A stretch of DNA of 32,000 nucleotides from Mycolicibacterium smegmatis (GTDB lineage: Bacteria; Actinomycetota; Actinomycetes; Mycobacteriales; Mycobacteriaceae). How positions within the stretch are numbered: position 1 is the stretch's first letter; the number at the start of each line of letters is the position of its first letter. Positions 9,488-21,572 of this stretch are shown here, in pieces. Below the pieces are notes generated by a model. The model had not been told where the DNA came from, did no database searches, and saw only the letters and a list, made by a program, of their open reading frames with translations. Location: NCBI RefSeq assembly GCF_001457595.1, contig NZ_LN831039.1, positions 3,330,001 to 3,362,000 on the forward strand, read 5' to 3'. A program made the translations under genes and the position numbers.

Positions 9488-11079
9488 CCGGCGCGGGCAC
9501 GTTCGCCTGCGGCACCTCGGCGTACTGGCAGCAACGAACCGACGTCGTCGTGATCGGCACCGGCGTCGCCGGCCTGGTCGCGGCGCTGGCCGCGCATCGC
9601 GCCGGCCGGCGGGTCACGGTGCTCAGCAAGGTGAGCGAGACCGCGACGTTCTACGCCCAGGGCGGCATCGCCGTCGTCCTGCCGGCCGGTGTCGGCTCGG
9701 CTGACGACACCATCGAGGCTCATGTCGCCGACACGCTCGCCGCAGGCGGCGGGCTGTGCGACGCCGAGGCCGTGCGCTCGATCGTCGCCGACGGCGCCAA
9801 GGCGATCACCGACCTGGTGGCCGACGGCGCCCTGTTCGACGAATCCGCGCCCGGGCGCTGGGCGCTCACCCGCGAGGGCGGGCACACCCGGCGCCGGATC
9901 ATCCACGCGGGCGGCGACGCCACCGGCGCCGAGGTGCAGCGCACGCTGAACCACGCGGCCGCACACCTCGACATCCGCCACAACCACGTGGCGCTGCGAA
10001 TCCTGCAGGACGAGGCCGGCGTCACCGGTGTGCTGGTCCACAACGACGACGGTCCCGGCATCCTGCACGCCCCGTCGGTGGTCCTGGCTACCGGCGGACT
10101 CGGCCACCTCTATGCCGCCACCACCAACCCGGTCGGGTCGACCGGTGACGGCATCGCGCTGGCGCTGTGGGCCGGTGTCGCGGTCAGCGACATCGAGTTC
10201 GTGCAGTTCCACCCGACCATGCTGTTCGGCGCCGCGGCGGGCGGGCGCCGCCCGCTGATCACCGAGGCGCTGCGCGGTGAAGGTGCGGTTCTGATCGACG
10301 CACAGGGACACCCGGTCACCGCGGGCGTGCACCCGATGGGGGACCTGGCGCCGCGCGACGTGGTCGCCGCGGCGATCAACGCGCGCCTGGCCGCCACCGG
10401 GGACCCATGCGTCTACCTCGACGCGCGCGGCGTCGCCGGCGTCGCGGACCGGTTCCCGACCGTCACGGCGGCCTGCCTCGCGGCAGGTATCGACCCGGCG
10501 CGTGAGCCCATCCCGGTGGTTCCCGGCGCGCACTACAGCTGCGGCGGTGTGGTCACCGATGTGTACGGGCGTACCGCTCTGCCGGGACTGTTCGCCGCGG
10601 GCGAGGTCGCGCGCACCGGGATGCACGGCGCGAACCGGTTGGCCTCCAACAGCCTGCTCGAAGGCCTGGTGGTCGGTTCGCGGGCCGGGCGCGCCGCGGC
10701 CGCCCACGCCGAACAAGCCGGGTCCGTGCGCGCGGTGGTCCCGCAGCAGGTCCGGCGCGACGCCGTGGACCGCCAGGTGCTGCAGGCCGCGATGTCCACC
10801 CACGCGTCGGTGGTACGTGACGCGCAGGGTCTGCACCGGCTCGCCGAGACGCTGGACGCCGCGCGTGCCGTGGTGCCCAGCGACCGCGCGTCCTTCGAGG
10901 ACGCCGCGCTGACCTCGGTGGCCCGCGCCGTGGTCAGGGCGGCCACGGCCCGTACCGAGAGCCGCGGCTCCCACCATCGCGGCGACTTCCCGGACACCGA
11001 CCCCACACAGGAGGTCTCGATGACAGTCCGTATCCACGACGGCGACGTCGCCGTCGACATCCCGACGGCGGTGTGCTGA
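9484..11079 (+). CDS. nadB: L-aspartate oxidase (NadB)
   Basis: ATGA overlap with nadA. It has the FAD Rossmann motif [11 protein letters not shown] and the C-terminal signature [14 protein letters not shown]. Confidence 0.96.
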   Translation: MTGAGTFACGTSAYWQQRTDVVVIGTGVAGLVAALAAHRAGRRVTVLSKVSETATFYAQGGIAVVLPAGVGSADDTIEAHVADTLAAGGGLCDAEAVRSIVADGAKAITDLVADGALFDESAPGRWALTREGGHTRRRIIHAGGDATGAEVQRTLNHAAAHLDIRHNHVALRILQDEAGVTGVLVHNDDGPGILHAPSVVLATGGLGHLYAATTNPVGSTGDGIALALWAGVAVSDIEFVQFHPTMLFGAAAGGRRPLITEALRGEGAVLIDAQGHPVTAGVHPMGDLAPRDVVAAAINARLAATGDPCVYLDARGVAGVADRFPTVTAACLAAGIDPAREPIPVVPGAHYSCGGVVTDVYGRTALPGLFAAGEVARTGMHGANRLASNSLLEGLVVGSRAGRAAAAHAEQAGSVRAVVPQQVRRDAVDRQVLQAAMSTHASVVRDAQGLHRLAETLDAARAVVPSDRASFEDAALTSVARAVVRAATARTESRGSHHRGDFPDTDPTQEVSMTVRIHDGDVAVDIPTAVC

Positions 11080-11939
11080 TGATGAAACTTTCCGATGCCG
11101 AACTGACGGCGGCCAAGGCGGCCGTCGCGCGCGCGGTCGAAGAAGACCTCGCCTACGGTCCCGACGTGACCACGATGGCCACGGTCGACGCGGCCGCGAC
11201 CACGACGGCGTCCGTCGTCAGCCGCGAACCGGGTGTCATCGCAGGCGTCGACGTCGCGCTGCTGGTGCTCGACGAGATGATCGGCGCCGACCGCTACCGC
11301 GTGCTGCACCGCGTCGACGACGGTGCCCAGCTCGACGCCAAGCAGACCGTGCTGACGGTCGAGGCGCCGACGCGGGAACTGCTCACGGCCGAACGCACCA
11401 TGCTCAACCTGCTGTGTCACCTTTCGGGGGTCGCGACCGCGACGGCCGCCTGGGTCGACGCCGTCGCGGGCACCAAGGCCAAGATCCGCGACACCCGCAA
11501 GACGCTGCCCGGTCTGCGCCTGCTGCAGAAGTACGCCGTGCGCGTCGGCGGCGGCGTCAACCACCGGATGGGACTCGGCGACGCCGCGCTGATCAAGGAC
11601 AACCACGTCGCCGCGGCCGGTTCGGTGGTGGCCGCCCTCAAGGCCGTCCGCGAAGAGGCGCCCGGCCTGCCGTGTGAGGTCGAGGTCGATTCGCTCGAGC
11701 AGCTCGACGAGGTGCTCGCGCTCGGCGTCGAACTGGTCCTGCTGGACAACTTCCCGGTGTGGCAGACGCAGATGGCCGTGCAGCGCCGCGACGCGCGTGC
11801 CCCCGAGACGCTGCTGGAGTCTTCGGGCGGGCTGACGCTGGACACCGCGGCGGACTATGCGGGCACCGGCGTCGACTACCTCGCGATCGGGGCGCTCACA
11901 CACTCGGTGCGGGTGCTCGACCTGGGCCTGGACTTCTGA
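11079..11939 (+). CDS. nadC: Nicotinate-nucleotide pyrophosphorylase / quinolinate phosphoribosyltransferase (NadC)
   Basis: Contains LTAERTMLNLLCHLSGVATAT, KIRDTRKTLPGLR and GGGVNHRMGLGDAALIKDNH. The start is ambiguous (GTG 11073, ATG 11079 or ATG 11082) and overlaps the nadB stop. Confidence 0.94.
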   Translation: MMKLSDAELTAAKAAVARAVEEDLAYGPDVTTMATVDAAATTTASVVSREPGVIAGVDVALLVLDEMIGADRYRVLHRVDDGAQLDAKQTVLTVEAPTRELLTAERTMLNLLCHLSGVATATAAWVDAVAGTKAKIRDTRKTLPGLRLLQKYAVRVGGGVNHRMGLGDAALIKDNHVAAAGSVVAALKAVREEAPGLPCEVEVDSLEQLDEVLALGVELVLLDNFPVWQTQMAVQRRDARAPETLLESSGGLTLDTAADYAGTGVDYLAIGALTHSVRVLDLGLDF

Positions 11940-11942
11940 GGC

Positions 11943-11977
11943 GGTTGCGGCGTCCCCGGTGTGGAGACGCCGCAACC
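11943..11977. terminator. Strong GC hairpin (12-bp perfect stem GGTTGCGGCGTC/GACGCCGCAACC) between the convergent nadC and glycine-rich genes
   Basis: Read directly. It fills most of the 45-nt convergent spacer. There is no U-tract, so it would be the mycobacterial I-shaped terminator type if functional. Confidence 0.55.
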
Positions 11978-11984
11978 TCAGCGG

Positions 11985-13526
11985 CTACTCGCTGTCTTTG
12001 GAGTCCGAACCGGTGCCTGCAGCGCCGCCACCGCTCTTGGTGCCGCTGCTCTTGGTGCCGCCGGCCTTCGAGCTGGTCTTCGAGCTGGACTCCGAGCTGG
12101 ACTCCGAGTTGGACTCCGAGCTGGACGATGTGCGACTGCCGGCCTTGTCCGCGCTGCGTGTGGGCGTCGAACGGCCGGTGACACGGTTGCTCACGTTCTC
12201 GCGGGTGGCAGACCGGTCGGTCGCATTGCCGGGGTTGCCGGTCTTGCCGTCGCGGCCAAATCCGCCGCGGCCGGCCTGACCGCCTTGTCCGGGGCGGGCG
12301 CGGTTCGAAGAGCTCTGTGCATCGCCGCCGTCACCGCCATTGCCGCCGCCGGCAAGTCCGCTGCCGCCGTTGCCACCGTTTCCGCCGTACGCTGCGTTGG
12401 TTCCGGTTGCCTTCCCGCCGTTTCCACCGGCACCACCGGTTCCTATTCCGGTCGAGCCACCGTTTCCGCCGTTGCCGGCTGCTGCATTTCCGTTGCGGGT
12501 GCCGGCGGTTCCATTGTTGGCGTCACCGCCGTCGCCGCCGCGGCCGCCGTTTCCGAAAACCCCGCCGGCCCCGCCGTTGCCGCCGTCGGCGCCGTGGCTG
12601 CCCGCCGTTTCAGGACCTTCGCCGTCACCATCACCACCTCGGCCGCCGTCACCCCCCGACCCGACGAGCAGGCCCCCGTTGCCGCCGTTGCCGCCGCGGC
12701 CGGCGTTGGCGATGTGTGCGCCATTGGAGATGACGTTCGGACTTCCGTCGCCCCCTTTGCCGCCGTTGCCGATCAACCCGGCGTTACCTCCGTTTGCACC
12801 TTCCACACCGCCCACCGAGTTGCCGCCGTCACCGCCGTTACCGAGCAAGCCGGCGTTGCCGCCGTCGCCGGCCCGGCCACCGTTGACGCCTGCGAGCCCA
12901 TCTCCGCCCCTGCCGCCGTTGCCGAGCAGAAATCCACCATTGCCGCCCTTCTGACCGGGTCCGCCGTCGGCACCGTTGCCGATCAGCAGGCCGCCGTTCT
13001 GACCGGGCTCGATGCCATTCCCGATGAGCCAGCCACCCGGGCCGATCATCGGGCGGCCACTGGAATCCACGGCCACCGTCACCTTGGCGTCACCCACCAT
13101 GCCCACGGCGATTGGCGTGACGGTGAGCGCGGTGCCAGACGTCGAGGTCTTGGGTGCGAAGACCAGCCGTGCCGTGCTTGAACCGGGTCGGACGGCGCGT
13201 ACGGCGGTGAAGGCAGGAGAGCCGCTGACCCCCGGCTCCAGGTGACCGATGCCCGATCCGGTCGAGGTCACCGACCCGGGCGAGGTCGCGGGCAGGATCG
13301 CACCGTAGAGGGCGTTGGGGGTGGCAGGTGCGCCCTCCGGCGTCGATGTGACCGTCAGCCATCGCGGAGTCGAGGTCGAGGTCGGGGTTTGGTACGTGGT
13401 TGGCGTTCCGGTACTGGCGGGTGCCGGCGCCTGGGAGACAGCGACGCCTGCGGTGGCGACGATGCTCGCCGCGACGGCGGAAGTCAGGCGCTGATGCTTG
13501 GTCACGGCCGACCTATATCGGGGCAT
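11985..13526 (-). CDS. Secreted PGRS-type glycine-rich repeat protein without a PE domain; Ser-rich C-terminal tail
   Basis: 513 aa. The ATG is preceded by GAAGGA at good spacing. The N-terminus has a signal-like segment (LTSAVAASIVATAGVAVSQAPA). About 270 aa are GGxGG repeats with recurring (L/F)(L/I)GNGG motifs, as in PE_PGRS proteins. The tail is SSSSESNSESSSESSSKTSSK. Confidence 0.8.
   Translation of the reverse strand: MPRYRSAVTKHQRLTSAVAASIVATAGVAVSQAPAPASTGTPTTYQTPTSTSTPRWLTVTSTPEGAPATPNALYGAILPATSPGSVTSTGSGIGHLEPGVSGSPAFTAVRAVRPGSSTARLVFAPKTSTSGTALTVTPIAVGMVGDAKVTVAVDSSGRPMIGPGGWLIGNGIEPGQNGGLLIGNGADGGPGQKGGNGGFLLGNGGRGGDGLAGVNGGRAGDGGNAGLLGNGGDGGNSVGGVEGANGGNAGLIGNGGKGGDGSPNVISNGAHIANAGRGGNGGNGGLLVGSGGDGGRGGDGDGEGPETAGSHGADGGNGGAGGVFGNGGRGGDGGDANNGTAGTRNGNAAAGNGGNGGSTGIGTGGAGGNGGKATGTNAAYGGNGGNGGSGLAGGGNGGDGGDAQSSSNRARPGQGGQAGRGGFGRDGKTGNPGNATDRSATRENVSNRVTGRSTPTRSADKAGSRTSSSSESNSESSSESSSKTSSKAGGTKSSGTKSGGGAAGTGSDSKDSE
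12069..12128 (-). repeat. Five tandem 12-bp units (CGAGCTGGACTC-like) encoding the Ser/Glu-rich tail
   Basis: Read directly: units at 12069-12080, 12081-12092, 12093-12104, 12105-12116 and 12117-12128. Unit length is a multiple of 3, so the repeat is in frame. Confidence 0.9.
12237..13049 (-). repeat. PGRS-like GC-rich repetitive coding DNA (reiterated GGCAACGGCGG-type units on the coding strand)
   Basis: On the + strand this appears as reiterated CCGCCGTTGCC(G) and variants. It corresponds to approximately aa 160-430 of the glycine-rich protein. Confidence 0.8.
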
Positions 13527-13775
13527 GTGGATATTCCTTCATTCGGTTCGAAGAATGGCGAATCGAGCGACGTGAGCTGATTTCCGAAACGCAACTCAAC
13601 GGAAATCCCAATCTTTCTATCAGTTGCTGAGGAACTGTTCTAGCTGGTCGAAGCACATTGATGCGATTGCGTCTGAATAGACGCGCGAGTAAATTGGCGC
13701 GGGGATGCGGTGATCCGGATCGTAATTACTGCGCTGAGTGAACCAACATTCCGGGAAGTGGAAATCTGGCTACCG

Positions 13776-13803
13776 ATAAAAAGGTCGCCACGAATGGCGA
13801 TCC
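13776..13803 (-). terminator. Candidate intrinsic terminator downstream of the LysE-family gene
   Basis: On the minus strand it reads GGATCGCCA-TTCG-TGGCGACC followed by TTTTTAT, about 90 nt after the stop at 13893. The stem is 6-7 bp. Confidence 0.45.
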
Positions 13804-13892
13804 GCGGTTATTTCGGTTTCAAGTAGTCCCAGCAAATTCCATGGAAGCGGTCTCAATGTTGCTGGATACCCGGACTCGAAATAACGCGGGCG

Positions 13893-14528
13893 TCAAACAG
13901 TGGCCGCGCGGCGGACCAACGAAAGCACCACGGCGGCTGCCGCGAACAAACCGGAGAACACGCGGTTGAGAATCGTCTGCTGGCGGGGCGTGTGCAGCCA
14001 CGTCAGCAACCGGACCGCGAGGCCGGTGTAGAGCCCCATCACCACCAGGTCGACGGCGATCATCGTCGCGCCGATCGCCAGGTACTGCGGCAGCAGGGGC
14101 GCGGTGGGCACCACGAACTGTGGCAGCACGGCCAGGAAGAACACCAGGCCCTTGGGGTTGGTGGCATTCACCAGGAACCCGCGGACCACCAGGCCGGTAC
14201 GGCCGGCCTCGGTCGCCTTGCCGAGCTGCGCACGCAGGTCGATGGCGGCCGTGCGCCATTGGCGCACCGCCAGGTAGATCAGATAGGCGACGCCGATCCA
14301 CTTGATGATGTTGAACGCGACGATCGAACCGGCCACCGCGGCGCCCAGCCCGATCGCGACCAGGGCGAGCTGCAGCATGAGCCCGATCTCAAGGCCCAGG
14401 ATGCTCCAGTACCCACGGCGCACACCGTGGGTCAGACCGGTCGCCATGGACTGGATGGCACCGGCGCCGGGGGAGACGCTGATCGCGATCGCCGCGCCGA
14501 AGAACGCCAGCCAGACGTGCCATTCCAT
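13893..14528 (-). CDS. LysE/RhtB-family amino-acid exporter
   Basis: 211 aa with about six hydrophobic helices. The N-terminus MEWHVWLAFFGAAIAISVSPGAGAI and the motif NATNPKGLVFFLAVLPQF are typical of the LysE/RhtB family. Confidence 0.88.
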   Translation of the reverse strand: MEWHVWLAFFGAAIAISVSPGAGAIQSMATGLTHGVRRGYWSILGLEIGLMLQLALVAIGLGAAVAGSIVAFNIIKWIGVAYLIYLAVRQWRTAAIDLRAQLGKATEAGRTGLVVRGFLVNATNPKGLVFFLAVLPQFVVPTAPLLPQYLAIGATMIAVDLVVMGLYTGLAVRLLTWLHTPRQQTILNRVFSGLFAAAAVVLSLVRRAATV

Positions 14529-14549
14529 ACGGGCAGTCTGGCATCGCGG

Positions 14550-14960
14550 TCAAACGATTTCGGCTACCAGGATCCCGGCCTTGCGCGCGCTCAGGCGCGC
14601 GATCCGGGGCAGGGACGGATCGTCGCTGCCGGCGGGCAGGATGCGCGGGTTCGTGATCTCGAACTCGCGGCCGAACATCTTCACCTCCGCGCCACCCGCG
14701 GCCAGGACGTTCTTCACCCAGTTTGTCTTGCCGTGGGCGAGGATCACCGCGAACACATTGTCCTTGCGGTAACTGTTGACCACGGTCTCGTACGCCCGGC
14801 CCGACTTGCGGCCCCGGTGCTTGATGACGGTGAAACCGGGTAGTCGTTTGGCGACGGGCGTCATCACCGGATTGACGTACTTGAGTTGCAGTCGCTCCAG
14901 CCAGGGCGGGAACAGCATCGGTACGCCAGGTGCCTTGTTGGGGTGGTCTTTTGCCGACAA
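14550..14960 (-). CDS. Deazaflavin (F420)-dependent nitroreductase family protein (Ddn/DUF385-like; Rv1598c-like)
   Basis: 136 aa. The motifs VIKHRGRKSGRAYETVV and GKTNWVKNVLAAGGAEV are characteristic of the family. Size and position upstream of hisD match Rv1598c. Confidence 0.82.
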   Translation of the reverse strand: MSAKDHPNKAPGVPMLFPPWLERLQLKYVNPVMTPVAKRLPGFTVIKHRGRKSGRAYETVVNSYRKDNVFAVILAHGKTNWVKNVLAAGGAEVKMFGREFEITNPRILPAGSDDPSLPRIARLSARKAGILVAEIV

Positions 14961-15045
14961 CTCGGGCTCCGTTCGCGGGTACCGCGACCACCCGGAGGTT
15001 GACGGTGGCCGACGGATTTTTATTCAAGTGGACTGATCAGGGACA

Positions 15046-18135
<3,090 letters not shown>

Positions 18136-18139
<4 letters not shown>

Positions 18140-18753
18140 CAAAGAGAGTCGTCGTACTCGACTACGGGTCGGGCAACCTCCGTTCGGCGCAGCGGGCGCT
18201 CGAACGGGTCGGCGCCGACGTCGAGGTGACCGCCGACCCGTCGGCCGCCGCGGCCGCCGACGGCCTGGTGGTTCCCGGTGTCGGGGCGTTCGAGGCCTGC
18301 ATGACCGGACTGCGCGGAATCGGCGGTGAGAAGATCATCGCCGACCGCCTGCGGAACGGGGCCCCGGTTCTCGGGGTGTGCGTCGGCATGCAGATCCTGT
18401 TCGAGCGCGGCGTCGAGTTCGGTGTGGAGACCGCCGGGTGCGGGCAGTGGCCCGGTTCGGTGACCCGCCTCGACGCGCCGGTGATCCCGCACATGGGCTG
18501 GAATGTCGTCGACGCGGCGAAAGGCAGCAGGCTGTTCGCCGGCCTCGACGCCGACACGCGCTTCTACTTCGTGCATTCCTACGCCGCGCAGCAGTGGTCG
18601 GGGCGCGAGGACGCCCTGGTGACCTGGGCGACGCATCACGTGCCCTTCATCGCCGCCGTCGAGGACGGCGCGTTGTCGGCCACGCAATTTCATCCGGAGA
18701 AGAGTGGCGACGCGGGTGCGACGCTGCTCGCGAATTGGGTTGAGGAACTGTGA
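18136..18753 (+). CDS. hisH: Imidazole glycerol phosphate synthase, glutamine amidotransferase subunit (HisH)
   Basis: GTGA overlap with hisB. Triad context [20 protein letters not shown]. Confidence 0.96.
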
Positions 18754-19544
18754 CTTCGAACGAATCCGTGGCGACAGGGGCGACCGAGGCGGCCGGCGCG
18801 GGCAAGCGGGGACTGATCCTGCTGCCCGCCGTCGACGTGGTCAACGGCCAGGCGGTGCGGCTGGTGCAGGGCAAGGCAGGCAGCGAGACCGACTACGGCT
18901 CGGCGATCGAGGCGGCCGAGGCGTGGCAGCGCGACGGTGCCGAGTGGATCCACCTGGTCGACCTCGACGCCGCGTTCGGCCGGGGCAGCAACCGTGAACT
19001 GCTCGCCGAGGTGGTCGGCAAGCTCGACGTGGCCGTCGAGTTGTCCGGCGGCATCCGCGACGACGATTCGCTGCGGGCCGCGCTCGACACCGGCTGCGCC
19101 CGCGTGAACATCGGCACCGCGGCACTGGAGAACCCGCAGTGGTGCGCCAGGGCAATCGCCGAGCACGGCGACCGCGTCGCCGTCGGACTCGACGCCCAGA
19201 CCGACGGCGCGGGGGGCTTCCGCCTGCGTGGCCGCGGCTGGGAGACCGACGGTGGCGACCTCTGGGAGGTGCTCGACCGGCTCGACAGTGAGGGCTGCTC
19301 GCGCTACGTCGTCACCGACGTCAGCAAGGACGGCACCCTCACCGGCCCCAACCTCGATCTCTTGGCCGCGGTGGCCGGGCGCACCGACGCGCCGGTGATC
19401 GCCTCCGGCGGCGTGTCGAGCCTCGACGACCTGCGCGCGATCGCGACGCTGACCGGTGTCGGTGTCGAGGGCGCGATCGTCGGAAAGGCGCTCTACGCCG
19501 GGCGGTTCACCCTGCCGCAGGCCCTGTCTGCGGTCAGCGGATGA
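18750..19544 (+). CDS. priA: ProFAR isomerase; actinobacterial dual-substrate HisA/TrpF (PriA) type
   Basis: GTGA overlap with hisH. Contains [30 protein letters not shown] and [15 protein letters not shown], as in mycobacterial PriA. The N-terminal roughly 18 aa are an extension relative to the M. tuberculosis protein, so the start is uncertain. Confidence 0.93.
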   Translation: MTSNESVATGATEAAGAGKRGLILLPAVDVVNGQAVRLVQGKAGSETDYGSAIEAAEAWQRDGAEWIHLVDLDAAFGRGSNRELLAEVVGKLDVAVELSGGIRDDDSLRAALDTGCARVNIGTAALENPQWCARAIAEHGDRVAVGLDAQTDGAGGFRLRGRGWETDGGDLWEVLDRLDSEGCSRYVVTDVSKDGTLTGPNLDLLAAVAGRTDAPVIASGGVSSLDDLRAIATLTGVGVEGAIVGKALYAGRFTLPQALSAVSG

Positions 19545-20371
19545 CGGTGGTGGGTGAACTGGACCCGCAGAAGCTGACCGCGCTGGTCGCAACGGCGGCC
19601 GAGATCCTCGACGCCGCGTCGGTGCCGTTCGTGGCGGGGCACCGCGCCGATTCGGCAGTCCGGAAACAGGGCAACGATTTCGCCACCGAGGTCGACCTGG
19701 CGATCGAACGCCAGGTGGTGCGTGCGCTCACCGAGGCGACCGGGATCGGCGTGCACGGCGAGGAATTCGGTGGGGAACCGATCGACTCGCCGCTGGTGTG
19801 GGTGCTCGATCCGATCGACGGCACCTTCAACTACGCGGCGGGCTCACCCATGGCCGCGATCCTGCTGGGTCTGCTGGCCGACGGTGAACCCGTCGCGGGG
19901 CTGACCTGGCTGCCGTTCACCGGTGAGAAGTACAGCGCACTGGTCGGTGGTCCGCTGTACTCCGACGGCAAACCGTGTCCGCCGCTGGGTTCGCCCACGC
20001 TCGCCGACTCGATCATCGGCATCCAGACCTTCAACATCGACTCCCGTGGGCGGTTTCCCGGGCGCTACCGCGTGGAGGTGCTCGCCAATCTGAGCCGCGT
20101 GTGCTCGCGGGTGCGCATGCACGGGGCCACCGGCGTGGACCTGGCCTACGTGGCCGCCGGAATCCTCGGCGGTGCAATCAGTTTCGGTCACCACATCTGG
20201 GACCATGCGGCCGGGGTCGCCCTGGTGCGTGCCGCGGGCGGCGTGGTCACCGATCTGACCGGCGCGCCGTGGACCGTCGACTCGAAGTCGGTGCTCGCCG
20301 CCGCACCCGGCGTGCACGAGAAGATGCTGGAAATCGTGAAATCCACCGGAAAGCCCGAGGATTACCTGTGA
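19541..20371 (+). CDS. impA: Inositol monophosphatase-family protein embedded in the his operon (ImpA-like)
   Basis: ATGA overlap with priA. IMPase motifs [12 protein letters not shown] and WDHAAG. Confidence 0.9.
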   Translation: MTVVGELDPQKLTALVATAAEILDAASVPFVAGHRADSAVRKQGNDFATEVDLAIERQVVRALTEATGIGVHGEEFGGEPIDSPLVWVLDPIDGTFNYAAGSPMAAILLGLLADGEPVAGLTWLPFTGEKYSALVGGPLYSDGKPCPPLGSPTLADSIIGIQTFNIDSRGRFPGRYRVEVLANLSRVCSRVRMHGATGVDLAYVAAGILGGAISFGHHIWDHAAGVALVRAAGGVVTDLTGAPWTVDSKSVLAAAPGVHEKMLEIVKSTGKPEDYL

Positions 20372-21153
20372 GTGCCAACAGCGATGTCGCGACGAGGGTG
20401 ATCCCGTGTCTCGACGTGGACAACGGACGCGTGGTCAAGGGGGTCAACTTCGAGAACCTGCGCGACGCAGGTGATCCCGTGGAACTCGCGGCGGCCTACG
20501 ACGCCGAGGGCGCCGACGAGCTGACGTTCCTCGACGTCACGGCGTCGTCGTCGGGACGCTCCACCATGCTCGAGGTGGTGCGGCGCACCGCCGAGCAGGT
20601 GTTCATCCCGCTGACCGTCGGCGGTGGCGTGCGCTCGGTCGACGATGTCGACGTGCTGCTGCGCGCCGGTGCCGACAAGGTGTCGGTGAACACCGCGGCC
20701 ATCGCGCGCCCCGAACTGCTCGCCGAGATGGCCCGCCAGTTCGGTTCGCAGTGCATCGTGCTGAGCGTGGACGCCAGGACCGTGCCCAAGGGCGAGCAGC
20801 CCACACCGTCGGGCTGGGAGGTCACCACCCACGGCGGCCGCCGTGGCACCGGCATCGATGCGATCGAATGGGCCACGCGCGGTGCCGAACTCGGCGTCGG
20901 CGAGATCCTGCTGAACTCGATGGACCGTGACGGCACCAAGGCCGGTTTCGACCTGAAGATGCTCAGCGCGGTCCGGGCCGCGGTGTCGGTCCCGGTGATC
21001 GCCAGCGGCGGCGCGGGCGCAGTCGAGCATTTCGCGCCCGCCGTGCAGGCCGGGGCCGACGCCGTGCTGGCCGCCAGCGTCTTCCACTTCCGCGAACTGA
21101 CCGTCGCCGAGGTGAAGGCGTCCATGAAGGCCGCGGGGATCACGGTCAGGTGA
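20368..21153 (+). CDS. hisF: Imidazole glycerol phosphate synthase, cyclase subunit (HisF)
   Basis: GTGA overlap with impA. Contains [19 protein letters not shown] and VIASGGAG. Confidence 0.96.
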   Translation: MSANSDVATRVIPCLDVDNGRVVKGVNFENLRDAGDPVELAAAYDAEGADELTFLDVTASSSGRSTMLEVVRRTAEQVFIPLTVGGGVRSVDDVDVLLRAGADKVSVNTAAIARPELLAEMARQFGSQCIVLSVDARTVPKGEQPTPSGWEVTTHGGRRGTGIDAIEWATRGAELGVGEILLNSMDRDGTKAGFDLKMLSAVRAAVSVPVIASGGAGAVEHFAPAVQAGADAVLAASVFHFRELTVAEVKASMKAAGITVR

Positions 21154-21163
21154 GGGAGCGCAC

Positions 21164-21511
21164 ATGAGTCTGGACCCCGCCATCGCGGCACGTCTCAAAC
21201 GCAACGCCGACGGCCTGTTCGCCGCCGTCACGCAGGAACGCGGCACCGGCAAGGTGCTCATGGTCGCCTGGATGGACGACGACGCCCTGGCCCGCACGCT
21301 GCAGACGCGTGAGGCGACGTACTTCTCGCGTTCACGCGGTGAGCAGTGGGTCAAGGGCGCCACGTCGGGGCACACCCAGAAGGTGCACTCGGTGCGGTTG
21401 GACTGCGACGGCGACACCGTGCTGCTGGAGGTCGACCAGGTGGGCGGCGCGTGCCACACGGGCGACCACACGTGCTTCGACGCCGATCTGCTGTTGGGCC
21501 CTGACGAGTAG
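21164..21511 (+). CDS. hisI: Phosphoribosyl-AMP cyclohydrolase (HisI)
   Basis: 115 aa containing [10 protein letters not shown]...[22 protein letters not shown]...CHTGDHTCF. Confidence 0.95.
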   Translation: MSLDPAIAARLKRNADGLFAAVTQERGTGKVLMVAWMDDDALARTLQTREATYFSRSRGEQWVKGATSGHTQKVHSVRLDCDGDTVLLEVDQVGGACHTGDHTCFDADLLLGPDE

Positions 21512-21572
21512 CCGGGTGCGCCGCGGCGTTGCGGTGCGCGGGCTTGTCGGTGGTGTCGTCAACAATGACGGG

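Noticed and set aside
8854-11037. 727-aa ORF on the minus strand spanning nadA-nadB
   Set aside because: It is antisense to two genes with unmistakable conserved motifs. Its Arg/Gly/Asp/His-rich, low-complexity translation is typical of stop-poor shadow frames in high-GC DNA. It has no start context and no motifs.
11961-13181. Plus-strand ORFs across the repeat region: a 406-aa Ala-rich ORF and a 204-aa Pro-rich ORF (12340-12954)
   Set aside because: GC-rich triplet repeats stay open in several frames. Only the minus-strand frame spans the whole region. It also has an SD-ATG, a signal-like N-terminus, non-repetitive flanking domains and the (L/F)(L/I)GNGG PGRS signature. I cannot fully exclude expression of an antisense product without data.
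13400-13630. 76-aa plus-strand ORF running from the glycine-rich gene's 5' end into the AT-rich tract
   Set aside because: It overlaps the better-supported minus-strand start. It has no SD, its composition switches mid-ORF, and it has no recognisable motif.
14999-15027. TTGACG (14999-15004) as a -35 element for a hisD promoter
   Set aside because: At 16-18 bp spacing the candidate -10 hexamers (TATTCA, ATTCAA) do not fit TANNNT or TATAAT, so I cannot support a promoter call from sequence alone.
21519-21544. Imperfect hairpin GCGCCGC-GGCGTT-GCGGTGC between hisI and the methyltransferase as a terminator
   Set aside because: The 7-bp stem needs a G-U pair and has no U-tract. It may lie inside the MTase coding region if an upstream GTG is the true start. 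The evidence is insufficient.
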